Of a stretch of 64,000 nt of DNA, positions 47,651-57,917 are shown one piece after another; position 1 is the first letter of the stretch, and every line of letters starts with the position of its first letter. The notes beneath the pieces are model-generated. The model worked only from the letters and a program-made list of their open reading frames with translations, did not search any database and was not told where the DNA came from. The stretch is from positions 150 through 64,149 of the forward strand of contig DASXGR010000047.1 in assembly GCA_036488935.1 (NCBI GenBank). Direction: 5' to 3'. Made by a program: the position numbers and the translations under genes. The stretch is from Caulobacteraceae bacterium (GTDB lineage: Bacteria; Pseudomonadota; Alphaproteobacteria; Caulobacterales; Caulobacteraceae).

Positions 47651-48280
47651 TCAGACGATCTTGGCTTTTTGCAGGGTCTTGTAGGCGCGGATGACTTTCT
47701 GCAGGCGTCCTTCAGACGATCGGTCGCCGCCGTTCGCGTCGGGGTGGCATCGCTTGACGAGGTCCAGATAGCGGGCCCGGATGGCCGGGCCGTCGGCGGA
47801 CGGATCGAGGTCGAGGTCGTCGAGGGCCACGCGCTCGAGCTTGCCGAGGCGTCGATCGGCTGGAGCTGCGCCGCCCGTGCGCCGCTGCTGTTCGGCGAAC
47901 ATACCGAGGGGGTCGTGAAATTCGCCCCGCGAGGCGCCGGCCTCGCGGTTGCGCGCGCCGGCCTTGAAGGACCAGGTCGGCCGTCCGCCGGTCGCCTGGT
48001 CCTTGATGATCTGCTCGGCCACCTCGGTTTCGCTCATGCCCGAAAAGAAGTTCCAGCTACGGTTGTACTCCGCGGCGTGCGGAACGCAGAACCAGTAGTG
48101 ATCGCCCGGAAGGTTGCGCGACTTGGGCGCGCGCGTGGTGGCAGGGGCGTGGCAACCGACGTGATCGCACAGCCGCTCGCCCGGCTGGGTGCGATGTGTC
48201 GAGGCCTCTTCGTCCGCCGCCTTTGGGGGGCGAACGCGGATGTCCACAAAGCGTGGCCTGTACTTGAACCCCTGCGGCAT
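47651..48280 (-). CDS. J-domain protein (C-terminal DnaJ domain, N-terminal Cys/His motif)
   Basis: CDHVGC...APKSR...YWFCVPHAAEYN..WNFF; RCHPDANGGDR (HPD); conserved bolA-J-cobS order. Confidence 0.9.
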   Translation of the reverse strand: MPQGFKYRPRFVDIRVRPPKAADEEASTHRTQPGERLCDHVGCHAPATTRAPKSRNLPGDHYWFCVPHAAEYNRSWNFFSGMSETEVAEQIIKDQATGGRPTWSFKAGARNREAGASRGEFHDPLGMFAEQQRRTGGAAPADRRLGKLERVALDDLDLDPSADGPAIRARYLDLVKRCHPDANGGDRSSEGRLQKVIRAYKTLQKAKIV

Positions 48281-48354
48281 GCCGAAGATTAGGGGCGCCG
48301 AAGGAAGCAGTTCAAGAATTGACAAGACGGTTCCTCGCGACGACCCTTTCGGCC

Positions 48355-48636
48355 ATGGGTCCAGTCGCCAGCGCCATCCGCGACAAGCTTACTGCCGCCC
48401 TCTCCCCCACCCTGCTGCAGATCGACGACGAGTCCGCGCGTCATGCGGGCCATGCCGGCTCGCGCGAAGGTGGCGAGAGCCATTTCCATGTCACGGTGGA
48501 GTCGCAAGCCTTTGCCGGCCAATCCGCCGTCAGCCGCCAGCGGCGCGTCTACCAGGTGCTCGCGGAAGAACTGAAGGGTCCTGTACACGCACTGTCGCTG
48601 ACACTGCGCGCGCCGGGCGAGGCGTCGAAGTCGTAG
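48355..48636 (+). CDS. bolA: BolA family protein
   Basis: IRDKLTAALSP, DESARHAGHAG, ESHFHV...F.G.S.VSRQRRVY, VHALSL. Confidence 0.93.
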   Translation: MGPVASAIRDKLTAALSPTLLQIDDESARHAGHAGSREGGESHFHVTVESQAFAGQSAVSRQRRVYQVLAEELKGPVHALSLTLRAPGEASKS

Positions 48637-48640
48637 GGTT

Positions 48641-49018
48641 TCAGGCGACCTTAAGGGCGGCCGCCAGGGTGTCGGCGAGGTCCTTGGCGCGGTAGGGCTT
48701 CTGCAGAACAGGCGCGCCCCGATCCGCGTCGCGCAGGCCGGCGTCGCCATAGCCGGTGCAGAAGATGATCGGCACGTTCTTGGCCCGCAGGACGTCGGCG
48801 ACGGCGAACACAGGCTGGCCCGCGAGATTCACGTCCAGGAGAGCCGCGTCCAAATCCTTTGCGTCCTCCGCCAGGTCCATCGCGGCCTGCAGGCCGTGGG
48901 CGGGCCCAACGACGGAGCAGCCAAGGTCAGCGAGCATGTCCTCGACGAGCATGGCGATCATCATCTCGTCCTCGACCACAAGGACGCGGCGGCCCTTGAG
49001 CCCGTCGTTGTCGTTCAT
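48641..49018 (-). CDS. Single-domain response regulator of the FATGUY type (MrrA/SdrG-like)
   Basis: VLVVEDE, ALLDVNL (phospho-Asp), VPIIFCTGYG, VLQKPY. Confidence 0.88.
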   Translation of the reverse strand: MNDNDGLKGRRVLVVEDEMMIAMLVEDMLADLGCSVVGPAHGLQAAMDLAEDAKDLDAALLDVNLAGQPVFAVADVLRAKNVPIIFCTGYGDAGLRDADRGAPVLQKPYRAKDLADTLAAALKVA

Positions 49019-49112
49019 CCTCGCTTGTCCGCCTGTGACACCTCGTCGCGGAGCCTAGAGGAAGCAGCGGGGCTGCGCAAACCCTCTCCCGAACGCTCCA
49101 CAACAAGCGGAT

Positions 49113-50399
49113 TTAAAGAGCTTCGTTCTCCGGAAGCGGCTGGCTGACGCGTAGAAGCGTGACCTGGTTGCGCTGGCGACGCAGGACCTGGAAGCGGTGG
49201 CCATGGAAGAGAAACCGCTGGCCCGGTTCCGGAATCGCGCGCGCCTCGTGGATGACGAGCCCCGCGACGGTCACCGCATGCTCGTCCGGCAGGTTCCAGT
49301 CCATGGCCCGGTTGAGATCGCGAATGGTGACGTCGCCGTCTACATGTACTGAACCGTCGGGCTGGCGGCGGACGCCCTGGACCGGTTCGTCGTACTCGTC
49401 TTCGATCTCGCCGACGATCTCCTCGAGGATGTCCTCCAGGGTGACCAGGCCCTGAAGCGCCCCATACTCGTCGACCACCAGGGCGAAGTGCGCACGCCGC
49501 TTCAGAAAGACGGCGAGCTGGTCCTTGAGGCTGGTGGTCTCAGGGATGAACCATGGCGGGCGCATGAGGGTCGCCACATCGATCTTCTCGGCGGAGCCGC
49601 CCGCCTGGACCAGGCCCTTGAGCACGTCCTTGGAGTGCACGACGCCGATGATGTTCTCCGGTTCGCCGCGGTAGACAGGCAGGCGCGTATGCTCGGCGTC
49701 CATCACCCGGGCGACGAACTCGCGCGGCGGCAGGTCGCCATCGAGCATGATGATCGACTTGCGGTGGACCATGATTTCCGAGACGTCGACGTCGGAGAGG
49801 TCGAGGACGCCACCCAGCATCTGGCGTTCGCGCGATTCGAACGCCCCCTCGGAATGGTGCAGGGCGACCGCGCCGCGGATCTCCTCGCGCGCGGCGAGGA
49901 CATCTGCGCCCCGTTCGAGCCGGACGCCGAACAATCCGAGGGTCAGACGCACAACCCATTGCACCGCCGCGATCACCGGCCCCAGGACGCGCGTGGCCAG
50001 GAGGATGGGGCTGGAGATGGCGCGCGCGACGTCGTCCGCCTTCACGATCGCCAGGGTCTTGGGCATCACCTCGACGAACACGACCACCAGCACGGTCATG
50101 ATCCCCGTGGCGATGGCTACGCCCTCGGCCCCTGGGATTGCGTGGGTGATCGCCTCCGTGGCGAGGGAAGAGGCGAGGATGTTGAGGGTGTTGTAGCCGA
50201 TCAGCACCGCGCCGATCATCCGCTCCTCCTTGGCCAGGAGGAGGTTGACCCGCCGGGCAGCCGGATCGTGCTCGCGCTCGAGCTGATGCATCCGGCCACG
50301 GCTGGCGCGGGTGAGAGCCGTCTCGGCGGCCGAGAAAATTGCCGAAACCGCCAGAAGAGCCAGGATCACCAGCCCCATCAGGGCGACGGCGGCGGTCAC
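49113..50399 (-). CDS. HlyC/CorC (CNNM-CBS-CorC) transporter
   Basis: [17 protein letters not shown], two CBS domains (HTRLPVY; ALVVDEYG...[19 protein letters not shown]), CorC_HlyC tail; GTGA overlap with aroB. Confidence 0.93.
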   Translation of the reverse strand: MTAAVALMGLVILALLAVSAIFSAAETALTRASRGRMHQLEREHDPAARRVNLLLAKEERMIGAVLIGYNTLNILASSLATEAITHAIPGAEGVAIATGIMTVLVVVFVEVMPKTLAIVKADDVARAISSPILLATRVLGPVIAAVQWVVRLTLGLFGVRLERGADVLAAREEIRGAVALHHSEGAFESRERQMLGGVLDLSDVDVSEIMVHRKSIIMLDGDLPPREFVARVMDAEHTRLPVYRGEPENIIGVVHSKDVLKGLVQAGGSAEKIDVATLMRPPWFIPETTSLKDQLAVFLKRRAHFALVVDEYGALQGLVTLEDILEEIVGEIEDEYDEPVQGVRRQPDGSVHVDGDVTIRDLNRAMDWNLPDEHAVTVAGLVIHEARAIPEPGQRFLFHGHRFQVLRRQRNQVTLLRVSQPLPENEAL

Positions 50400-51511
50400 G
50401 GGCGGGCGCCCTCCGCAACAAGGAATTCCTGCAGCGATCCCCGATCGACCCCGCGGGCGACGAAGGCTTCGCCGAGGCCGCGGACAAGGATGAATGTGAG
50501 CTCTCCACCCTCCGCCTTCTTGTCCTGAGCCATCGCCTCGATCAGGGCGTCGGCCTCCGGGGCGGTCGGGAAGACCTGATCGAGGCGGGTAGGCAGACCC
50601 GCGGCTGCGATCGCCGCTTCGGCGCGTTGGACGTCCTGGCGTGGGCACAAGCCCAAGGCGGCCGAAAACCGGAACGCCTGGGCGCAGCCAAGGCCCACAG
50701 CCTCGCCGTGTTTGAGCTCGTCGCCAAATCCGGTCACCGCTTCCGCCGCGTGCCCGAACGTGTGGCCGAGGTTCAGCAGCGCGCGGCGACCGCCCTCGCG
50801 CTCGTCCTCGGCGACGATGTCCGCCTTCATCTCCACGCACCGCGCCACGGCCTGCGCAAGGGAAGCGCCGCGCAGGTCCAGAACCTCGCCGCCGTGCGCC
50901 TCAAGCCACTCGAAGAAGGCGAAGTCTCCAAGCAGACCGTACTTCAGGACCTCGGCATAGCCGCAGACCAGCTCGCGCCGCGGCAGGGTAGCCAGCACGT
51001 CGAGGTCGGCCAGGACGAGGCGCGGTTGGTGGAAGGCTCCGATCAGGTTCTTGCCGCGCGGGGAGTCGATGGCGGTCTTGCCGCCGACCGACGAGTCCAC
51101 CTGGGCGAGCAGGGTCGTCGGGACCTGGATGAAGTCGACACCGCGCTTGAGGATCGCGGCGGCAAAGCCCGCCAGGTCGCCGACCACGCCGCCGCCGAAG
51201 GCGATGATGCGGTCGCTACGCTCCACGCCCAGCGCCAGCAGGCGATCGCAAAGGTCGGCGAGGCCGGCGAAGCTCTTCGTCTGCTCGCCCGGCGGAATGA
51301 CCACCGCAGGGCTCTCCACCCCTGCCGACCGCAGAGATCCGCACAACGCCTCGCCGTGCAGGGCCGCCACGGTCTCGTCCATCACGACCGGAGCGAACGG
51401 GCGCCGGAGCAGTGGGCGTACGTGCGCGCCCGCCTGAGCGATCAGGTCCGATCCGACCAGGACATCATAGGCGCGCCCATCCAGGGCCACGCCGAGAGTG
51501 CGCACGTTCAC
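50396..51511 (-). CDS. aroB: 3-dehydroquinate synthase
   Basis: [60 protein letters not shown]. Confidence 0.97.
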   Translation of the reverse strand: MNVRTLGVALDGRAYDVLVGSDLIAQAGAHVRPLLRRPFAPVVMDETVAALHGEALCGSLRSAGVESPAVVIPPGEQTKSFAGLADLCDRLLALGVERSDRIIAFGGGVVGDLAGFAAAILKRGVDFIQVPTTLLAQVDSSVGGKTAIDSPRGKNLIGAFHQPRLVLADLDVLATLPRRELVCGYAEVLKYGLLGDFAFFEWLEAHGGEVLDLRGASLAQAVARCVEMKADIVAEDEREGGRRALLNLGHTFGHAAEAVTGFGDELKHGEAVGLGCAQAFRFSAALGLCPRQDVQRAEAAIAAAGLPTRLDQVFPTAPEADALIEAMAQDKKAEGGELTFILVRGLGEAFVARGVDRGSLQEFLVAEGARP

Positions 51512-52059
51512 GATGAGCAGGCCGCCGAATGATGGCGCGACAGGGCCGCGACGATCGCCTCCACGGCGATCTGGTGAGGGAAATCACCCACCTCCACGGT
51601 CAGGTGGGCGGTGGCGAAGGTGGGATAGCGGTCGCGCGCGTGGGCCTCCAGGACCTCCATGGGATCGCGCCCGACCAGGAGAGGTCGATGGTCACGGCGC
51701 GCCACCCGGCGGGCGAGCACCTGCAGGTCGGCCTTGAGCCAGACCGTTAGCGCCTTGGCGCGAAGGAGCTCGCGCGTGAGGGGCTGGGCAAAGGCGCCGC
51801 CGCCGGTGGCCAGAACGTGCGGCGACTCTTCGAGCAGACGCGCGATCACTCTCCGCTCACCATCGCGGAAGGCAGGCTCGCCCATGCCTGCGAAGATGTC
51901 GGAGATCGACTGTCCGGCCGCCGTCTCGATCTCGTTGTCGGCGTCGCGGAAAGGCATGTCCAAAGCGAGGGCGAGCCGCCGGCCGATGGTGCTCTTGCCC
52001 ACGCCCATCAGGCCCACGAGGGCGATGGTCTTGTCTGTAATGTGCGGTGGGGCGCTCAT
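51508..52059 (-). CDS. aroK: Shikimate kinase
   Basis: [34 protein letters not shown]. Confidence 0.96.
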   Translation of the reverse strand: MSAPPHITDKTIALVGLMGVGKSTIGRRLALALDMPFRDADNEIETAAGQSISDIFAGMGEPAFRDGERRVIARLLEESPHVLATGGGAFAQPLTRELLRAKALTVWLKADLQVLARRVARRDHRPLLVGRDPMEVLEAHARDRYPTFATAHLTVEVGDFPHQIAVEAIVAALSRHHSAACSS

Positions 52060-52180
52060 GGGACTGTCAGGATTACAACATGGGACGGCCCAGGCGAATG
52101 GTCGAGGCGTCGTGATGGCGTCCGACGCCCATCTCGCCTCGGCGCAAAGCATGTTCCGTCGACCGAGGAGCCGCCCCGCG

Positions 52181-52684
52181 ATGTTCTTTGCCTGGACTGC
52201 GTTCTATCAGACGATCGGCTCGGCCTCCGCCGCCCTGGTCGGCCTGCTGTTCATCGTCGCCACTCTCTCGTCCCGTCAGCAGCAGGGTGGCGTGCACCTG
52301 GGCGTGCAGCTCTTCATGACCCCGACGGTGTTCCATCTTTCGCTGGTGCTGGTCGTTAGCGCCCTGGCGCTGGCGCCCCTCTCCCCCACGTATCGGCCGG
52401 CGGCCGCCATGACCCTGGTCGCGCTGGTCGGCTGCGGCAATTCCATCCCCGTGGCGATTCGGATCGCCCGCCTGCCCAACCCGAGCCACTGGTCCGACTT
52501 CTGGTATTACGGTGCGGCGCCGGGCGCCGCGTACCTGGCGCTGGCTGGTGCGACGGGCGCCGCCTGGGCTGGAGCGGGTCAAGCCGCACATTGCGTCGGG
52601 CTGGCCGTGCTCATCCTGCTGGCGCTCGGGATCCGCAACGCTTGGGACCTCGTCACCTGGCTCGCGCCGCGCCGGCCGGGGTGA
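52181..52684 (+). CDS. Hypothetical membrane protein (about 5 TM)
   Basis: W..FY..IGSASAALVGLLFIVATL, TPTV.H, DFWYYG, IRNAWDLVTW; GAGGAG RBS. Confidence 0.7.
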   Translation: MFFAWTAFYQTIGSASAALVGLLFIVATLSSRQQQGGVHLGVQLFMTPTVFHLSLVLVVSALALAPLSPTYRPAAAMTLVALVGCGNSIPVAIRIARLPNPSHWSDFWYYGAAPGAAYLALAGATGAAWAGAGQAAHCVGLAVLILLALGIRNAWDLVTWLAPRRPG

Positions 52685-52769
52685 GCGAGGCGAGGCGTCC
52701 AGCGGCTCGTGCGTTGGCTCCCGCACGCCTAGGCTTGCGGCCCAACTTTCCTGACGAAAGCCGGACCAG

Positions 52770-53543
52770 ATGTATCTCGAGCGACTGAGGTTGGACGGCC
52801 GCACGGCGTGGATCACTGGAGGCGCGCGCGGGATCGGCCTGGCCGCCGCCGAGGCGCTGGCGGAGGCGGGCGCGCGCGTGACGATCTCCGACCGGGACGA
52901 AGCAGCCCTGACGGAGGCGCGGAGCGCCCTTATCGCAAAGGGATTCGATCCGGCGATCGAGGTGATGGACGTCACGCGACCGGTTGAGGTCGAAGCGGTC
53001 GCCGACCGCATCAGTCAGCGCGAGGGGCGGCTCGACATCCTCATCAACAACGCCGGGATCGCGCGCAGCGAGATCTCGGCGGAGGATATGGAGGACGAGC
53101 GGTGGCTGAACGTCCTCGACGTCAATCTCAACGGCGCCTTCTGGTGCGCCCGCGCGGCGGGCCGGCGCATGCTGGCGGCGGGCGCCGGGGCGATCGTCAA
53201 TGTCGGCTCGATGAGCGGGGTCATCGTCAACCGGCCGCAGGGCCAGAGCCACTACAACGCCTCCAAGGCGGCGCTGCACCAGTTGACGAAGTCCCTCGCC
53301 GCCGAGTGGGCGGCGCGCGGCGTGCGCGTCAATGCAATCGCCCCGACCTACATCCGCACGCCGCCCAACGCCTTCGCCGACCCGAACTCGGAGATGTATC
53401 GCCGGTGGATCGACGGAACGCCGATGGGCCGGCTGGGCGAGCCCGAAGAGGTCGCCTCGGTGATTCTTTTCCTGGCCTCCGATGCGTCGAGCCTGATGAC
53501 CGGAGCGATCGTGATGGCCGACGGCGGCTATAGCTGCTGGTGA
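52770..53543 (+). CDS. SDR, polyol/sugar-alcohol dehydrogenase-like
   Basis: TGGARGIG, DILINNAG, VNVGSMSGVIVNRPQ.Q.HYNASK, VRVNAIAPTYI. Confidence 0.9.
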   Translation: MYLERLRLDGRTAWITGGARGIGLAAAEALAEAGARVTISDRDEAALTEARSALIAKGFDPAIEVMDVTRPVEVEAVADRISQREGRLDILINNAGIARSEISAEDMEDERWLNVLDVNLNGAFWCARAAGRRMLAAGAGAIVNVGSMSGVIVNRPQGQSHYNASKAALHQLTKSLAAEWAARGVRVNAIAPTYIRTPPNAFADPNSEMYRRWIDGTPMGRLGEPEEVASVILFLASDASSLMTGAIVMADGGYSCW

Positions 53544-53590
53544 GAGCCGCCCTTAAGGGTCCCGAAATCCGCGAGGTCCAAAGTCATGGC

Positions 53591-54505
53591 ATGAGCGCCG
53601 ACGCCTGGACCGAAGCCTTCCTGGAGATGATGTCCGCCGAGCGCGGCGCGGCGGCCCATACCCTGCGCGCCTACGCCAACGATCTCGCCGACGCCGCCGC
53701 CTTCCTCGCCGCCCGAGGCTCCAACTTCCGACAGGCCGCGCCGGAGGATCTGGAGGCGTATTTCCGATCCCTCGGCGAACGGGGGCTGGCGGCGTCGACA
53801 GCGGCGCGGCGGCGCTCCGCCCTCAGGCAATTCTACCGATTCGTCCTGGACGAGGGCTGGCGCGACGGGGATCCCACCGCGCGGGTGGAATCGCCGCGCC
53901 GCGGCAGACCCCTGCCCAAGATCCTCAGCCGGGCCGAGGTCGAGCGCCTGATCGCCGCAGGGCTGGCGCGCGACGGCGCGGACGGCGCGCGGCTGGGGGC
54001 GATGATCGAGCTGGTCTACGCCTCGGGCTTCCGAGTCTCCGAGCTGGTGGCCCTGCCCCTGGGGCCGTTCCTGAAGGATCCGGATCACCTGATCATTCGC
54101 GGCAAGGGCGGCAAGGACCGGCTTGCGCCCCTGAGCACGGCCGCCCGCCGCGCGGTCGCCGCCTACCTTCCCCTGCGTGCAGCCCACTTGCCCAGGGGGG
54201 CGAAGAGCAGTCCCTGGCTGTTCCCGTCCCGCGGAAAGAGCGGCCGCCTCACCGAGAGGCGGTTCGCCCAACTGCTCGAGGCGGCCGCGATCGACGCCGA
54301 GATCGATCCGTCGCGCGTGAGTCCGCACGTCCTGCGCCACGCCTTCGCGACGCACCTGCTGGAGGGCGGGGCGGATCTGCGGGTGGTGCAGACCCTGCTC
54401 GGCCACGCGGACATCGGCACGACGCAGATCTACACCCACGTGACCCAGGACCGTCTGCGCGCCCTGGTCGAGCGCGCGCATCCGCTTTCGCGTGGCGTGC
54501 GGTAG
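53591..54505 (+). CDS. xerD: Tyrosine recombinase XerD
   Basis: EAFLEMM.AERGAA.HTL.AY, LPKILS, YASGFRVSELV, RGKGGK.R, HVLRHAFATHLL.GGADLRVVQ.LLGHADI.TTQIYTHV. Confidence 0.93.
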   Translation: MSADAWTEAFLEMMSAERGAAAHTLRAYANDLADAAAFLAARGSNFRQAAPEDLEAYFRSLGERGLAASTAARRRSALRQFYRFVLDEGWRDGDPTARVESPRRGRPLPKILSRAEVERLIAAGLARDGADGARLGAMIELVYASGFRVSELVALPLGPFLKDPDHLIIRGKGGKDRLAPLSTAARRAVAAYLPLRAAHLPRGAKSSPWLFPSRGKSGRLTERRFAQLLEAAAIDAEIDPSRVSPHVLRHAFATHLLEGGADLRVVQTLLGHADIGTTQIYTHVTQDRLRALVERAHPLSRGVR

Positions 54506-54556
54506 ACGCAGCGGCTAGCGATTTTCGCCTTCGCGCCATCACGCTACACCGCTGCC

Positions 54557-56530
54557 ATGACGTCACGAGACTCCCGCGTCGCGCCCACCCGAAGGGGCCT
54601 CGGGCAGTGGCTGGCATCGATCGGCGCCGCCCTTGCCGCTCCCCGCGCCCTCGCCCAGCCCGAGGCGCCCTACGAGGTGGTCGTGACTTCGAACGTCATG
54701 ATCCCCATGCGCGACGGGGTGAAGCTGGCGACGGACATCTATCGGCCAGCTCGCGACGGCAAGCTGGTCCCAGGCCGCTTTCCCGTGATCCTTGAGCGCA
54801 CGCCTTACGGCAAGACGGTGGTGAGCCGCTCGGAGCTGAGCGTGGCCGATCCGACGCCCAAGAGCCGCGCGGAGGTCGCCAGGTTCTTTGTCAGCCGTGG
54901 CTATGTGGTCATCTACCAGGACTGCCGCGGCCGCTACGGCTCCCAGGGCGAATTCGTGAAGTACCTCAGCGACGGCGCGGACGGGTACGACACCTGCGCC
55001 TGGATCGTCCGCCAGCCGTGGTGCGACGGCAAGATCGGCACCATGGGCCTGTCCTACGCCGCCCACACCCAGGGCGCACTGGGCTGCGCCGGCGCGCCAG
55101 GCGTGTCGGCGATGGTCATCGACTGCGGCGCTTTCGCCAACGCCTACCAGGGGGGCATCCGCCAGGGCGGCGCCTTCGAGCTCAAGCAGGTGACCTGGGC
55201 GGTGCCGGCCGCCATCGAGAGCCCGCAGGTCGCGAATGACCCGCTTCGGCTAAAGGCGATGAAGGCGATCGACCTGCGCGCGTGGTTCGCCCGCATGCCG
55301 TGGAAGAAGGGCCATTCGCCGCTCAGCGACGCGCCCGAATACGAGGACTACGTTTGGGACCAGTGGGAGCACGGGAACTTCGACGCCTACTGGAAGCAGA
55401 TCGGCATCTACGCGGAAGGCTTCTACGATCAGTTCGTCGACGCTGCGATGACCCACATCTCCGGCTGGTACGATCCCTATTCGCGCACCGCGACGACCAA
55501 TTACATGGGGCTCTCGCGGCGCAAGCGCGGGCCGGTGCGTCTGATCATCGGCCCCTGGACCCATGGCGATCGCAGCCTCACCTACGCTGGCGACGTCGAC
55601 TTCGGGCCCCAGGCGACGCTGGACGGCAATGTCGCCCCCGACTTCCTGACCCTGCGCCTCCGCTGGTTCGACGCGTGGCTGAGAGGCGAGCGCAACGGAG
55701 TCCAGGGGGATCCCGCGGTCCGCATCTTCGTTATGGGCGGCGGTTCTGGGCGCCGCAACGCGCAGGGGCGGCTCGATCACGGCGGCCGATGGCGCGCAGA
55801 ACGGGACTGGCCGATCCCCGACACGCGCCTGACCGAGTACCACTTCCACGGCGACGGACGGCTCTCGACCCGGGCGCCGGCGGCGGACGCCGCGCCGCTT
55901 GTCTACGACTTCGACCCCGACCACCCGGTCCCCAGCATCGGCGGCACGATCACCTCGGGAAAGCCTGTAATGGTCGGAGGCGCTTTCGATCAGGTGGAGG
56001 GCCCGAGGTTCTTCGGTTCGCGCGCACCCTACCTGCCGCTCGCGGCGCGGCCGGACGTGCTGGTGTTCGAGACCGAGCCGCTGAGCGAGGAGGTGGAAGT
56101 CACCGGCGCGATCGAGGCGCGGCTGTTCGTCGCCTCCGACCGGCCCGACACCGACTTCACGTTCAAGCTGATCGACGTCCATCCGCCCAGCGAAGACTAT
56201 CCTGAGGGCTTCGCCATGAACCTGACGGACGGGATCCTGCGCGCTCGCTACCGCAAGTCGTGGGAGCATCCGGAGATGCTGACGCCCGGCGAGGCGCAGG
56301 AGGTCCGCGTCGACGCCTTTCCGACCTCAAACCTGTTCAAGGCGGGGCACCGGATCCGGATCGACATCTCATCCAGCAATTTCCCGCACTTCGACGTGAA
56401 CCCGAACACAGGCGCGCCTGAGGCGCTCGGACTGACGCGGCAGGCGGCGCGCAACACCCTCTTCGTCGACGCCTCCCGTCCGTCGCGGGTGATCCTGCCG
56501 ATCATCCCGCCCAGACCCGCTCCGACCTGA
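54557..56530 (+). CDS. CocE/NonD family hydrolase (peptidase S15), Tat-exported
   Basis: Twin-arginine leader TRRGLG..L, MRDGVKLATDIY.P, ERTPYGK, QDCRGRYGSQG, nucleophile GLSY, GPWTHG, SSSNFP-like C-terminus. Confidence 0.92.
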   Translation: MTSRDSRVAPTRRGLGQWLASIGAALAAPRALAQPEAPYEVVVTSNVMIPMRDGVKLATDIYRPARDGKLVPGRFPVILERTPYGKTVVSRSELSVADPTPKSRAEVARFFVSRGYVVIYQDCRGRYGSQGEFVKYLSDGADGYDTCAWIVRQPWCDGKIGTMGLSYAAHTQGALGCAGAPGVSAMVIDCGAFANAYQGGIRQGGAFELKQVTWAVPAAIESPQVANDPLRLKAMKAIDLRAWFARMPWKKGHSPLSDAPEYEDYVWDQWEHGNFDAYWKQIGIYAEGFYDQFVDAAMTHISGWYDPYSRTATTNYMGLSRRKRGPVRLIIGPWTHGDRSLTYAGDVDFGPQATLDGNVAPDFLTLRLRWFDAWLRGERNGVQGDPAVRIFVMGGGSGRRNAQGRLDHGGRWRAERDWPIPDTRLTEYHFHGDGRLSTRAPAADAAPLVYDFDPDHPVPSIGGTITSGKPVMVGGAFDQVEGPRFFGSRAPYLPLAARPDVLVFETEPLSEEVEVTGAIEARLFVASDRPDTDFTFKLIDVHPPSEDYPEGFAMNLTDGILRARYRKSWEHPEMLTPGEAQEVRVDAFPTSNLFKAGHRIRIDISSSNFPHFDVNPNTGAPEALGLTRQAARNTLFVDASRPSRVILPIIPPRPAPT

Positions 56531-56565
56531 ACGTCCGCTCCGCCGGCACGACCAGGGAAAAGAAA

Positions 56566-56844
56566 AAGTTCAACGCAGAGACGCAGAGACGCAGAGACCG
56601 CCTGGGCTGTCCTTCGGTGTGTCGCAAGTTGATTGCGCCTTCGGCGCGACGCATCGACACTGCGCGTGAGCAAGGGCCAGCGATACCGCCGCGGTTAGCG
56701 CGCCGAAGGCGCAATCATTCATTCTCGCGCGTCGACAGCGATTCTCCAGATTTTGACCTTGTCGCACATGGCGCTGTGAAGTCGCCTCTCGACCGCCTCC
56801 CCTGTCTCCGCGCCTCTGCGTCTCTGCGTCTCTCCGTTGAACTT
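56566..56844. mobile_element. 279-bp non-coding element with ~31-bp terminal inverted repeats and a nested REP-like pair
   Basis: Left arm AAGTTCAACGCAGAGACGCAGAGACGCAGAG (56566-56596) vs reverse complement of 56814-56844, 1 mismatch; perfect 18-bp inner IR 56631-56648/56699-56716. Confidence 0.8.
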
Positions 56845-56932
56845 CTCTAGCCCTACCATGCGGCTTGTGCCGACAGAGCGTCGCGCCTAGGTTGCGCGCC
56901 TTTTTGGCTGGCGGGCGTCTGCGCGTTTATCC

Positions 56933-57886
56933 ATGGTCGGACATTACCTGGAATTCGAGCGGCCGATCGGCGAGCTCGAAGCCAAGATCGACGAGCTTTC
57001 GAAGCTGTCGGACGCTGGCAACCCCGGAGCTTTCGACGCGGAGATCTCCGCTCTGCGGGCGCGCGTGCGCCAGGTGCGGGCTGACACCTACGCCAACCTC
57101 GACGCCTGGCAGAAAACCCAGATCGCGCGCCACCCCCAGCGGCCGCACTTCGTCGACTATATTGCCGGCCTGATCGAGGACTTCGTCGAGCTCAAAGGCG
57201 ATCGGGGATTTTCCGACGACCAGGCGATCATGGGCGGTCTGGGCCGGTTCCGCGGCCGCCCCGTGATGGTGATTGGCCACGAGAAGGGCCACGACATCGC
57301 CACCCGCACCAAGCACAATTTTGGCTCGGCCCGCCCCGAAGGCTACCGCAAGGCGATCCGGCTGATGGACCTGGCCGAACAGTTCGGCCTACCGGTGATT
57401 TCCCTGGTCGACACCGGCGGCGCCTATCCCGGCATCGGCAGCGAAGAGCGCGGCGTGGCGGAGGCGATCGCCCGGTCCACGGAGCGTTGCCTGACCCTGG
57501 GCGTGCCGATGGTCGCGGTGATCACTGGCGAGGGCATGAGCGGGGGAGCGATCGGAATCGCCGCAGCCAATCGCGTGCTCATCCTCGAACACGCGATCTA
57601 CGCCGTGATCTCGCCTGAAGGCTGCGCCTCGATCCTGCTGCGCGATCGGAACCTCGCTGAGGGCGCAGCCAAGGCGATGAAGATCACCGCCAACGACCTC
57701 CTGGCGACGAAGATCGTCGACCGCATTATCGAAGAGCCCCTGGGGGGCGCCCACGCCGACCCCGCCGGAGCCATCAAGACGGTGGGCGACATCGTGGAGG
57801 TCGAACTGGCTGCCCTGACGGGGCTCTCGGCCGACGCCCTCAGGAAACAGCGGGCGGACCGGTTCTACGCCATCGGGCGGAGTTGA
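56933..57886 (+). CDS. accA: Acetyl-CoA carboxylase carboxyltransferase alpha subunit
   Basis: YLEFERPI.ELE.KI, ARHPQRP, GDR.F.DD.AI, PEGYRKAIRLM, DTGGAYPG, GEG.SGGA, YAVISPEGCASIL. Confidence 0.97.
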   Translation: MVGHYLEFERPIGELEAKIDELSKLSDAGNPGAFDAEISALRARVRQVRADTYANLDAWQKTQIARHPQRPHFVDYIAGLIEDFVELKGDRGFSDDQAIMGGLGRFRGRPVMVIGHEKGHDIATRTKHNFGSARPEGYRKAIRLMDLAEQFGLPVISLVDTGGAYPGIGSEERGVAEAIARSTERCLTLGVPMVAVITGEGMSGGAIGIAAANRVLILEHAIYAVISPEGCASILLRDRNLAEGAAKAMKITANDLLATKIVDRIIEEPLGGAHADPAGAIKTVGDIVEVELAALTGLSADALRKQRADRFYAIGRS

Positions 57887-57887
57887 G

Positions 57888-57911
57888 GTCCCTCCCTTTC
57901 TGGGGAGGGAC
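57888..57911. terminator. Hairpin between convergent accA and ferredoxin genes
   Basis: GTCCCTCCC-tttctg-GGGAGGGAC. Confidence 0.6.
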
Positions 57912-57917
57912 GAGAGC

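Noticed and set aside
47588-48354. Search for a cobalamin riboswitch near cobS, and for tRNA or rRNA genes anywhere in the window
   Set aside because: No B12-box, tRNA T-arm (GTTCGAATC with cloverleaf) or rRNA signature was recognised by eye; a covariance-model scan would be needed to exclude them
53591-54505. Tyrosine recombinase as the integrase of the accessory region
   Set aside because: Sequence and aroK/accA context match housekeeping XerD; it lies outside the repeat-bounded block
56566-56600. Tandem ACGCAGAG and CACGAAC units as a possible CRISPR array
   Set aside because: Units are 7-9 nt, have no unique spacers and form inverted arms; no cas genes in the window
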